Shown here: positions 27,434 through 35,968 of the stretch, piece by piece
How the letters are laid out: every line of letters begins with the position of its first letter
Position numbering within the stretch: position 1 is the stretch's first letter
From: Peptococcaceae bacterium
Lineage (GTDB): Bacteria; Bacillota; Desulfotomaculia; Desulfotomaculales; JACDOK01
Assembly: GCA_017656185.1 (NCBI GenBank)
Contig: JACDOK010000001.1
Coordinates: forward strand, 64,205 to 128,204
Direction: 5' to 3'
Length of the DNA: 64,000 bases
Position numbers and translations under genes: made by a program
Notes under the pieces: model-generated
The model's database searches: none
The model's input: only the letters and a program-made list of their open reading frames with translations
Told to the model about the DNA's origin: nothing

Positions 27434-28420
27434 TTATTTAGTAAACCCTATCTCATATCTCCCCATCCCGAACACGGCGCCCTTGCCGACGTGGATGAGC
27501 TCGCCTAAAGCCAATAAAGGTAAGAATTCATCCAAGTTATTGCCACGGTAGGTGACTTCACCCATTAAGCCGCCTAGGTTGACGCGGCCGTCCTGGCGGT
27601 GTGAGTAGCGCGCCCAGTCGACCCACCGGGTATTTTCCTTAACTGTTGTAACCTGTTCTGCCCGCTCGATAAGTCCTTTGTAATCAACCCGGAGTTCACG
27701 TTCGTGATGGAAGTAGCTCAAGGACGAAATGCGGCGCAGCAGCCCGCGGATTAAAACGTGAAACGGTAAGGACCGCACGAAGTGATTGTCGTGTTTGAGC
27801 CGTGTCACGGTCAGCAGGCGAATACTGATCTCATTACGACCTAAGTATTGCGCTTGAGCCCGCTCCCAAACTTTTTCGCCCGCTATCACAATATCAATGT
27901 TTTTCACGATACGGTCCCGGGCGTTATAGATTTCCGTCGCGGTATCTTCTACATCCAGAGCAGAAATACGGGCCAGTTGATAAGGTTTGCGCCCCTTGCC
28001 GATCCCTACCCGGCCCAGTTCTTCGAAGCAAATAATAAAATAAGGTAGATATCTAACGGCCTTGCCGAACAAGGCCAGGCCAAAGGCCAATTCCTCGCCG
28101 GGTGCATACTCGGTCTTCGTCTCTAAGGGTGGTTCTAAAACAAAAGGGCGCGAGATATTTTCCAAATTGCGCAGCACCTGGCTCCCTTCCGGCGGAGAAG
28201 TTTCGAAGATGTATGCATATGGACAGGTCTCCTTTAGGACACATTCCTTACATTCTCCCTGCCGTTGAGCGCAAGCAACCCGCCGGAAGACACGCCCGAA
28301 CCCGCCGCGCAGGGTAGAGCCCTTATAGGGTGGTAAGACGAGGCCCTGCTCTCCGGTACGGATCACGACCTCATACTTGGCAATCCGAAAAGCGGTAAGT
28401 TCTTGAGCAAGTGTGTTCAT
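27434..28420 (-). CDS. cas6: Cas6-family crRNA endoribonuclease (long form with a Cys-rich insert)
   Basis: C-terminal glycine-rich loop HVGKGAVFGMGRYE. N-terminal YKGSTLRGGFG. First gene of the interference operon. Confidence 0.75.
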   Translation of the reverse strand: MNTLAQELTAFRIAKYEVVIRTGEQGLVLPPYKGSTLRGGFGRVFRRVACAQRQGECKECVLKETCPYAYIFETSPPEGSQVLRNLENISRPFVLEPPLETKTEYAPGEELAFGLALFGKAVRYLPYFIICFEELGRVGIGKGRKPYQLARISALDVEDTATEIYNARDRIVKNIDIVIAGEKVWERAQAQYLGRNEISIRLLTVTRLKHDNHFVRSLPFHVLIRGLLRRISSLSYFHHERELRVDYKGLIERAEQVTTVKENTRWVDWARYSHRQDGRVNLGGLMGEVTYRGNNLDEFLPLLALGELIHVGKGAVFGMGRYEIGFTK

Positions 28421-28457
28421 CCCGAAGACCCCTTTTCATCGGGTTAATTATTGTTTC
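28421..28457 (+). repeat. Degenerate CRISPR repeat copy abutting the cas6 start codon
   Basis: CCCGAAGACCCCTTTTCATCGGGTTAATTATTGTTTC matches the array repeat at 22/37 positions ungapped. The core CCCCTTTTCATCGGGT matches CCCCTATTTATCGGGT at 14/16. Its minus-strand complement contains the cas6 RBS (AAGGGG). Confidence 0.55.
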
Positions 28458-28583
28458 TTTTGAACAAAGGCTATTTTCGATACCCAACCGTATTTTTCCT
28501 GCTTTGGCAAAGCATGTGACATTTGTCGTCGAATTTCGACAGCCACTCGAAATAGGAGGTGTGACAGGTCTTACAGTACCACG

Positions 28584-28592
28584 GGGTTTTCT
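28584..28592 (+). promoter_or_regulatory. Extended -10 promoter candidate (TGcTATAAT)
   Basis: TGCTATAAT at 28584-28592, upstream of the small ORF and the khtT-like gene. No good -35 element. Confidence 0.35.
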
Positions 28593-28641
28593 CTGCTATA
28601 ATGGCCGACGGGTGAACCTGAATAGCGGAGGATGTAGTGTA

Positions 28642-28848
28642 ATGCAGTGGGATAAAGAGGCTCAAGCCCGCATTAATAAAGTGCCGTTTTTTGTGCGCAA
28701 GATGGCGAAAATTTTACGGAGCCATTTTCCGACATCATCTTTTTCCACGGGTAGATTTTCCATTCCTGCCTTCTTATTCAAATCTATGCAAGCTTTTCGA
28801 AAAATGTATGATTATTTGCACGAAAGGATAACAGATAGGCGTGTTTAA
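28642..28848 (+). CDS. Small ORF with a PCP_red-like N-terminal motif, possibly degenerate
   Basis: MQWDKEAQARINKVPFFVRKMAK resembles the protochlorophyllide-reductase-57kD-like small-domain motif. The remaining sequence is low quality and does not resemble the family. Confidence 0.25.
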   Translation: MQWDKEAQARINKVPFFVRKMAKILRSHFPTSSFSTGRFSIPAFLFKSMQAFRKMYDYLHERITDRRV

Positions 28849-28888
28849 ATATTATAGAAGTAACTCCCTGTAATGGAGGTAAGGAATC

Positions 28889-29362
28889 ATGTCTTATTTC
28901 AGGGAAGCGGAACTTCCCGGCGTAGGAATGAAATATAGCCTTAATACTTACAGCAAAGAAAAATTGAGTTTAATCATCCACCACGACGGTAAGAGAGAGT
29001 TTTACATAATGGACCAGGAGGACGAACCCGTAGCCAGCGTCACGTTACAGGATGACGAAGCCAGGCAGTTGGGGGCCATAATGTCGGGTGCCTTTTTCAA
29101 ACCCCGGGCGGTAGAGGAATTGGAAGTCGCCATTGAGGGGCTGCGTATTGAATGGTTTAAAGTCGACCCCGATTCCCCGATTATCGGTAAAAGCATTAAA
29201 GACCTGGCCATACGCAAAAAAACCGGCGTCTCGATTATCGCCGTAATACATGGTGACGACAGCATTCCCTCTCCCGATCCCGATTACGTGATCAGAGACG
29301 GCGACACCCTGGTCGCGCTGGGCAAAAGTTTTAAGGAATTTCGAAAATTCATCCGCCCTTAA
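28889..29362 (+). CDS. khtT: K+/H+ antiporter regulatory subunit, KhtT-like (TrkA-C domain)
   Basis: N-terminal MSYFREAELPGVGMKY and a C-terminal TrkA-C/RCK_C domain (GKSIKDLAIRKKTGVSIIAV...GDTLVALG). Confidence 0.7.
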   Translation: MSYFREAELPGVGMKYSLNTYSKEKLSLIIHHDGKREFYIMDQEDEPVASVTLQDDEARQLGAIMSGAFFKPRAVEELEVAIEGLRIEWFKVDPDSPIIGKSIKDLAIRKKTGVSIIAVIHGDDSIPSPDPDYVIRDGDTLVALGKSFKEFRKFIRP

Positions 29363-29393
29363 TTAAGCCTCAATTAAGGAGCGAAATCCGTAG

Positions 29394-31034
29394 ATGGAGC
29401 ATAACACAAATCTGCTTCTGGCACTGGGAGCCGTTTTGTGCTCCGGTTTTGTCGGCGCCTACCTGGCCCGCCGTATCGGCCAGTCGGTAATCGTCGGCTA
29501 CATTTTACTGGGTATGCTGGTCGGCCCTAATGCGCTTAACCTTATTGGTGATGCCGACCTCATTCACAAGCTGGCCGAGCTTGGTGTGGTCTTTTTGATG
29601 TTTTTCCTGGGTCTGGAATTTTCGGTACGGCGTTTCATGCAGATCAAAAATGCCGCCATGATGATCGGGTCCACCAAGATGCTGGCCCAGGCAGCCGGCG
29701 CTTTCCTTATCGGCTTCGCATTGGGCTGGGCTCCTATCGACCGGCTTTTCCTGGCCGGTATTGTCGCCATCAGTTCCAGCGGCGTAACGGCCAAGCTCCT
29801 CTTTGACCTGCGCAAGACGGCCTCGCGTCACGCCGAAGTCCTGATGGGCGTAATGATTTTCGAGGATTTCGTCGCTATCGTTATGATGGGCGTCCTGATG
29901 GGCATCGCCACTACCGGCATAGTGCAGACCGATGTGGTAAGTGTGGCGACACTGAAGGCTGTTCTCTTTTATGCCTTTTTCATCTTCGTAGTGGCACGCT
30001 TTTTTCCGCGTGTGGTCAGTTGGTTGGAGAAAATAGACTCGGACGAGATGTTTGTAACGATAGTCTGCGGCGGGATACTTTTGGCCGGTGCGGGCGCCGT
30101 TTATCTGGGCCTACCTTCGGCGGCCGGCGCTTTTGTCCTGGGGATGGTCGTTAACCACAAGGATCTCGAAGAACGTATTCACATCAAAGTCGCGCCCTTC
30201 CGGGACGCCTTCTTGGTGGTTTTCTTCCTGGCCTTCGGTATGCTCATTGATCCCCGGATGATTCCCGGAGTCCTTGGGTTACTCCTGATCATCTTACCCC
30301 TTTCCCTGTTCGTGGAACTCGTTATCAGCTCTTCGGCTGCCTTTTTCACCGGTCTTTCAGCCAAGGCGGCGGTAGCCCTCGGTACCGGCCTTGTTTCACG
30401 AGGGGAGTATGCTATGATTTATGCCACCCTGGGTCACCAGTCGGGGGTCATCTCGCCGGATCTTTACCAGTTGACCGGCGTATACGTCTTTTCCATGACG
30501 CTGTTAGCGCCCTTGATGATGCGCAATGCCGGGTCAATCAAAAATTGGTATAGCCGGTTGGTACCGCCGTTTTTGAAATACGGCAGTAAACTTCTTTCCA
30601 AATCTCTGGCCCCCCTAATGTACCCTGATTATTACGGCCTTGAACCCCCGCGCAACAGGTTTTTATTCGTGGGGCTCTTTATGCTTTATGTAGGGTTGGT
30701 AGCCGAGGCCTTTGCCTCGCACGATATACGCTTTGCCCCGGTATACCTGCTGGCGGGGTCCGTGTTAATCTGGTGGCTGCGCTCGATTCTGGCCTCCGGT
30801 TTTCGCCTTGTGTACCGTGAAGTAGATGAACTGTTGGAACATCAAATCTTGGAACCACAAGTAGTTATCCATTTTGTGATCAAGCTCATTACAGCGCTCC
30901 TTTTTACCATCCTGGTCACCGGTGTGGTATGGAATGTTTTAGAATACTGGAGCCTCACCTGCCTGCTCCTGTTTGTAGCTTATGTCGCCATGGCCTGCTA
31001 CCGCGTCAACTGTATCGCTTTAAAAGTCAATTAG
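29394..31034 (+). CDS. khtU: Cation:proton antiporter (CPA2, KhtU/Kef-like) with an extra C-terminal TM region
   Basis: About 13 TM segments of the Na_H_Exchanger type (GYILLGMLVGPNALNLI). Paired with the KhtT-like gene. Confidence 0.75.
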   Translation: MEHNTNLLLALGAVLCSGFVGAYLARRIGQSVIVGYILLGMLVGPNALNLIGDADLIHKLAELGVVFLMFFLGLEFSVRRFMQIKNAAMMIGSTKMLAQAAGAFLIGFALGWAPIDRLFLAGIVAISSSGVTAKLLFDLRKTASRHAEVLMGVMIFEDFVAIVMMGVLMGIATTGIVQTDVVSVATLKAVLFYAFFIFVVARFFPRVVSWLEKIDSDEMFVTIVCGGILLAGAGAVYLGLPSAAGAFVLGMVVNHKDLEERIHIKVAPFRDAFLVVFFLAFGMLIDPRMIPGVLGLLLIILPLSLFVELVISSSAAFFTGLSAKAAVALGTGLVSRGEYAMIYATLGHQSGVISPDLYQLTGVYVFSMTLLAPLMMRNAGSIKNWYSRLVPPFLKYGSKLLSKSLAPLMYPDYYGLEPPRNRFLFVGLFMLYVGLVAEAFASHDIRFAPVYLLAGSVLIWWLRSILASGFRLVYREVDELLEHQILEPQVVIHFVIKLITALLFTILVTGVVWNVLEYWSLTCLLLFVAYVAMACYRVNCIALKVN

Positions 31035-31058
31035 ATAGCCCATGCAGACACGGCTCAA

Positions 31059-32504
31059 TTACCCTTCCCGAATGATACGTTCCGCTACGCGTTCGGCCAG
31101 GGCGGCAATTGTTAAGGCAGGGTTTACACCGAGGGAAGTAGGTACGATAGACCCGTCGGCAACATAAAGCCCCGGCTGACCGTAAACGGCACCACCATCA
31201 TCCACTACCCCGTACTGCGGGGAGTCTGCCATACGGCACCCGCCCAGCGGGTGTACCGTAATCAGCTTGCGCGCCAGTGACCAGGCCGGCATGAACACTG
31301 CCTGGCCTCCTAAAGCCGCTGCCAGTTCTTGCACACATCGTTCCATGGCCTTAAAAAGAGGTAGGCTGTTAGTATAAGACCACTCCAGAGTTAATTTCTG
31401 CCGCCGCCCCGTCAACCTCAAAAGCCCGTCGGCGGCATCCCGACCCATCATCAACAGGGGTAGAGCGTTAAAGGACGGTAACCACCCGTTCAGTTTCAGT
31501 GTTACCACCGGGGGCAACCCGCCGTCCTCGATGAGAAAATGTTCCTCGGGGTAGTTAATGGAAGCTGTAATGGTGGGACCGGTGGTGAAACTTACCTCCG
31601 GTGCTATTCCTATTAACGTCGCCTGAATGTCACCGTTGCCCGAAAATCCCCGCCCCAGGGCAGGGCTTACAGGACCCAGCGTGCGGTACTTATAAACCGC
31701 CTTGAGGAGAATTTCAGTCGACCCCAGTGTCCCGGCCGCTAGAACCACCCGGGAGGCGCATACCTTCCCTTCTTCTGGCACCGGCCGGCTGCGGTCAAGA
31801 TAATAAACGGTAAACTCATTCCCCTCCCGGGCGATAGTGACAACCTCGTGCAGCGGGCGGCACTCCGCGCCGTTTCGCAAGGCCAGGGCGATATAATTCA
31901 GGTCCAGTGAATTCTTGGCCCTGATGGGGCATCCCGTTACACATTCGGCCAAATCCGCGCAGCCGGTTTGTGACGTACCGAAACCGTACGGGTCCGGGTG
32001 CGGTACCCCCGGTTGCCCCCAGTAGACACCCAGGTCCGGCAGTTTAAAGTTTTCCCGGCGCCCGGTCAACTCTGCCGCCTGGTACATCACCCTGGTCTTT
32101 GTACGGGACCAAGCGCGAGGATACGGCATGGGATGCAGCATCTCGCGCACCCGCTGGTAATAAGGAGCCAGCACTGACAGCGTTATTGCTGCCGGCCAGC
32201 CTGTTGCAAACACGTCAGCCGGCGGTACGATCAACACATTGGCGTATACCAGGGAACCCCCGCCTACCCCCGAGGCCACCACCACGTCCATATCCTCAAA
32301 GTAATGGTATTGGTATAACCCCGTACTCCATCCCGTCCAAAGCCAGGCCCTGGGATCGTCGTTGTGAAGTGGGAATTCTTGCGGAGACCACCAGCGCCCC
32401 CGTTCCAGAATGCAAACGCGCATTCCCGCCTGTACCAAACGGCAGGCCGCCACAGCCCCGCCGAACCCGGACCCAACCACCACAGCATCATAATGCACCC
32501 GCAT
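31059..32504 (-). CDS. GMC-family FAD-dependent oxidoreductase (cholesterol-oxidase-like)
   Basis: ATG at 32504 follows AAGGAGGAAG. FAD motif YDAVVVGSGFGGAVAA. C-terminal DGSIVPTSLGVNPALTIAALAER. Confidence 0.7.
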   Translation of the reverse strand: MRVHYDAVVVGSGFGGAVAACRLVQAGMRVCILERGRWWSPQEFPLHNDDPRAWLWTGWSTGLYQYHYFEDMDVVVASGVGGGSLVYANVLIVPPADVFATGWPAAITLSVLAPYYQRVREMLHPMPYPRAWSRTKTRVMYQAAELTGRRENFKLPDLGVYWGQPGVPHPDPYGFGTSQTGCADLAECVTGCPIRAKNSLDLNYIALALRNGAECRPLHEVVTIAREGNEFTVYYLDRSRPVPEEGKVCASRVVLAAGTLGSTEILLKAVYKYRTLGPVSPALGRGFSGNGDIQATLIGIAPEVSFTTGPTITASINYPEEHFLIEDGGLPPVVTLKLNGWLPSFNALPLLMMGRDAADGLLRLTGRRQKLTLEWSYTNSLPLFKAMERCVQELAAALGGQAVFMPAWSLARKLITVHPLGGCRMADSPQYGVVDDGGAVYGQPGLYVADGSIVPTSLGVNPALTIAALAERVAERIIREG

Positions 32505-32616
32505 CGTTCTTCCTCCTTTATACATTTTACGGAGAGAAGAACAGCCGGTGCAGAAACGGGCAAATAAAAAGAGCTTTGCAAACAAAAGAGGACAGCCCGG
32601 GAGGGGAAACTTCAGA

Positions 32617-33015
32617 TTATTCCGGGCTGAGCTTCGCCCGAGATTTTTCCACAAATCGCTCGGTAGTTACCACATAACGATCATGGTGACCGGTGGCCAC
32701 TGTTTCCCGCTCATCTCGTGCCGTAACCTCAAAGGTCAGGCTGCGACCGTTCAGCCCGGTAAGTTTGGCGACGGCCTCAACCTTCATTCCCACCGGAGTC
32801 GCCGCAATATGACGTATGTCGACGCGCGTTCCGACCGTCGTTTTCCCATCGGGAAGCCGGCCCTTTAGACAGTCAATGGCGGCAGCCTCCATCAGGGCTA
32901 CCACACGTGGGGTAGCCAGTACCGGCACCCCCCCGCTCCCCTGCGCCGCGGCGGTATCGTTTTCGCCCACTACCATGACGGCATGACCTTCAAGCCCGGT
33001 TTCCAGTTCCATCAT
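32617..33015 (-). CDS. Hotdog-fold thioesterase (FlK-like)
   Basis: 132 aa. VLATPRVVALMEAAA...GTRVDIRHIAATPVG is the pattern of this thioesterase family. Confidence 0.6.
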   Translation of the reverse strand: MMELETGLEGHAVMVVGENDTAAAQGSGGVPVLATPRVVALMEAAAIDCLKGRLPDGKTTVGTRVDIRHIAATPVGMKVEAVAKLTGLNGRSLTFEVTARDERETVATGHHDRYVVTTERFVEKSRAKLSPE

Positions 33016-33230
33016 TACCTTCCTTTCTTAAGGGAGATATTCTCTATCGATCTTAAATTAACTTTAGCGCTCTTATGAATGCTTATTCGCCCTACGTTCT
33101 ATATGAGTTACTTAGTGGTGATATAGGGGGGCCTTTGCAAGACTCCCGCAGGCCATAAAGGAATACCCTCTAACTGAATGCATGGCGGGTACAGAGACCC
33201 GCCCCTGCGCTTTATATAAGTTTATCTTAT

Positions 33231-33869
33231 TTAAACCACGGGAAACACGATCTCATAATCCACCTTGTGTTCCAAGAACTCGCTGAGCTGCCCGACCGTA
33301 TAAATCTGCCTTGTTTCCAGAATTGTGAACAGCCTTAATAAGAGCTGGGCCGTGAGCCGAGCATCACCCAGCGCCGAATGGCGCCCCACGGCATCGATAC
33401 CGTGAATATGCAGGAGAGCATCCAGGGAATGCGAACCAAGAGTGGGATAAAGCCTCCTGGCAATGGCCCATGTGTCAAAAACGGGATTTTTTAGTCTCAG
33501 CCCGTATAGTTGTTCCAACTTGTAATTAACAAAATCAAGATCAAAGCCGATATAATGCCCCGCCAAACAGTCCCCACCAAGAAAGGAGAGAAAATCCCGC
33601 AGGGCAGGAACAACGCCGGATTTCCCACTGACGCATTCTTCACAAATCCCCGTCAGCTTGGTGATGTGCGGCGGAATGGGGCGCCCCGGATTTACCAGGC
33701 GATCGAAAACCCGGTCGGGACAAAGTTTTCTATTTTCAATCACTACGGCCCCGATGGCGATGATTTCATCCCCGTCCCGGGGATGAAAGCCCGTGGTCTC
33801 GAGGTCCGCAACCACCAAGCGCAGATTACGTAACGGGGTATCCGGGCTTGGAAACCATCTTACATCCAT
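33231..33869 (-). CDS. DEDDh 3'-5' exonuclease (DnaQ/epsilon-like)
   Basis: ExoI VVADLETTG, ExoII GHYIGFDLDF, ExoIII HSALGDARL. Confidence 0.75.
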   Translation of the reverse strand: MDVRWFPSPDTPLRNLRLVVADLETTGFHPRDGDEIIAIGAVVIENRKLCPDRVFDRLVNPGRPIPPHITKLTGICEECVSGKSGVVPALRDFLSFLGGDCLAGHYIGFDLDFVNYKLEQLYGLRLKNPVFDTWAIARRLYPTLGSHSLDALLHIHGIDAVGRHSALGDARLTAQLLLRLFTILETRQIYTVGQLSEFLEHKVDYEIVFPVV

Positions 33870-33888
33870 CTCCGCTGCTCCTCTACCA

Positions 33889-35817
33889 TCATGAAGGTAA
33901 GTAAAGCCGCCAAAACTCGCCGAACTCCCCGGCAGTGCGTTTTTGCAGGCGCGGGATTACCGAAAAGGCATCCTTCAAAACAGCCTGTTCCCTCTTACTC
34001 AGTTCGAAGGGATTGATATAATCATCAGGCGTTTCATTCCTGTCCAGCTTGGCCAGGTTCGACCGGATACGAAACATCATTAAGGTTTCATAAGCGGCTT
34101 CAATAAACTCTATGTCATCACGGGGCATAGCGCCCATACCCGCCAGCAACCGCAACCTTCCCAGCGTCGAGGTCTCGGTCAGGCCGTACTTCAGCGCAAA
34201 AATCCTAACACAGTTGACGATCGGGAGGCAGGCCGCAGTTTTAAGGTTGATCTGGTTCTTGTGTTTACCCGACCGCTCGGTAACAAACCCCCCGAACAAA
34301 CTCAACGGCGGTCTCAGGTGAACATCATCGCCGGCCATAAAGTGAGGCGCCCCGCCGCGGGCTTTCAGTGTTTGGAAAACAGCGCGCCATAATTTTTCCG
34401 CCAGTGTTTCCGTGCCGTAAACAAGACGGAAATCCAGTAAAATAGTTAACATCCTAACGTCCTCCGGCTCCCCACGGAAAATCCAGCGCTGTACTCTTTC
34501 TTTCCACTGGGCCAGGGACTGGCACCATTCGGGGTAGGCAGACATAACGCCCCCCGGGCACTCGGCAAACCCGCACCGGACAAGTGCATCGGTGATTTTT
34601 ATGCCCAACCTGTGAAAGTAGTCCGCCGCCTCAACCGTTTCGGCATCTTCCGGATCGTCATAAATAATGGCGTTGTCCTGGTCGGTGCGCAGGGTCTGCT
34701 CCCGCCGCCCGGCACTCCCCATGGTGACCCAACAGTAGTCAACGGGCGGCGGCCCGTACCGCTCGCGCATTTCCTGTTCACAAAGCGCGATAACGCGACG
34801 CGTGAGGGCGTCGTTTAACTCGGACATGATATCCATGATTTCCCGGGCGCCGGCCTTCTCGGCAACCAGGGCGTTAAGGAAATTATCCACCTCGCGGCCG
34901 ACTTCGGATAACCCCGCAATGGTCTGCTGGGACTCAATGCGGTGCGCCACCCAAAAGGTACCCGTACCACGAGCCTTCACAAGATCAACCACGCTGATGA
35001 TGCCGGCCAGCCGCCCGTCCTCCATTACGGCCAGGTGTTTGACACCGTACTTGATCATCTTGAGGAGTGCTTCGTGCAGATAAACCGAAGCCGCTATGGT
35101 GACCAGCTCGGGCTTCATTACCGTTTCCACGCGGCATTCTTCCACCTTTTTTACCGGACGGGCAATCAACTCGGCTACCAGATCACGTTCCGTAACAATC
35201 CCTACCGGTCGACCGTCCCCGTCAACCACAATTACGGCGCTGATGTTTCGGTCTGCCATGACGCGGGCGACCCTGCTGACAGGATCGCCCAGCCGGCACG
35301 TAATCACGGGAGAAGACATCAATTCTTTGACGCGGCGGCGGAACAATGCCTCCGCCCCGCGGCCGTGTACGGCATGCGCCTGCTCCGCCACGATTTCCTC
35401 ATAGAGTGTCCGCATGCGGTCAAGAAGTACCCGGCTGAAAAAGTCGGCCACGTCCGGGTAATGGTGCATCAGGCGCTCAAAGATTTTCCGGGGTACTACC
35501 AGGCAAGTCAGGTCCTCTTTAGCCCGTACCGAACCGGGATATTTCTGATCGGTAAGCACTACGGTTTCACCAAAGAAGTCATTTTTGCGCCGGTAACCCA
35601 CCACAGTTTCCATACCCCTGCCACTGCGTACCGTAACTTCCGCCGTCCCCTCTATCACGATGTAGAGGAGGTTTTGGCTGGGATCCCCCTGGCGGAACAC
35701 GTAGACGCCCGCCGGGAACTCTTTAAAGTACATTTCGGTCCCGACTTCCCGGAGTACCGCTTCGTCCAAAGAGCGGAACGGGACAATCGATTTCAGAAGC
35801 CTTATTACTTTTTCCAT
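33889..35817 (-). CDS. cNMP-binding / tandem CBS / DUF294 nucleotidyltransferase-domain protein
   Basis: cNMP-binding segment FRQGDPSQNLLYIVIEGTAEV, two CBS domains, and a nucleotidyltransferase motif GSAGRREQTLRTDQDNAIIYDD. Confidence 0.75.
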   Translation of the reverse strand: MEKVIRLLKSIVPFRSLDEAVLREVGTEMYFKEFPAGVYVFRQGDPSQNLLYIVIEGTAEVTVRSGRGMETVVGYRRKNDFFGETVVLTDQKYPGSVRAKEDLTCLVVPRKIFERLMHHYPDVADFFSRVLLDRMRTLYEEIVAEQAHAVHGRGAEALFRRRVKELMSSPVITCRLGDPVSRVARVMADRNISAVIVVDGDGRPVGIVTERDLVAELIARPVKKVEECRVETVMKPELVTIAASVYLHEALLKMIKYGVKHLAVMEDGRLAGIISVVDLVKARGTGTFWVAHRIESQQTIAGLSEVGREVDNFLNALVAEKAGAREIMDIMSELNDALTRRVIALCEQEMRERYGPPPVDYCWVTMGSAGRREQTLRTDQDNAIIYDDPEDAETVEAADYFHRLGIKITDALVRCGFAECPGGVMSAYPEWCQSLAQWKERVQRWIFRGEPEDVRMLTILLDFRLVYGTETLAEKLWRAVFQTLKARGGAPHFMAGDDVHLRPPLSLFGGFVTERSGKHKNQINLKTAACLPIVNCVRIFALKYGLTETSTLGRLRLLAGMGAMPRDDIEFIEAAYETLMMFRIRSNLAKLDRNETPDDYINPFELSKREQAVLKDAFSVIPRLQKRTAGEFGEFWRLYLPS

Positions 35818-35854
35818 GCTTTTTCACCCGGTTCAAGAACAACAATGTCATCCA

Positions 35855-35935
35855 TCAAGCGTACATTCCGAATAACACCGTAAAAACAATTATGAAACCC
35901 ACGGCAATAACAAGCGCGAAGTCTTCACTCTTCAT
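35855..35935 (-). CDS. Candidate 26-aa membrane micropeptide downstream of the SSF symporter
   Basis: GGAGGGAAATAAAG precedes the ATG at 35935. MKSEDFALVIAVGFIIVFTVLFGMYA has a single TM. Lies 33 nt after the symporter stop. Confidence 0.3.
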   Translation of the reverse strand: MKSEDFALVIAVGFIIVFTVLFGMYA

Positions 35936-35968
35936 CTTTATTTCCCTCCTGACCACCGTCATCTTTAT

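Noticed and set aside
28411-28641. The upstream part of the 145-aa ORF 28411..28848
   Set aside because: It starts inside and antisense to the cas6 start and runs through a promoter-like region. Only the part from ATG 28642 has an RBS and a recognisable motif, and even that is reported at low confidence.
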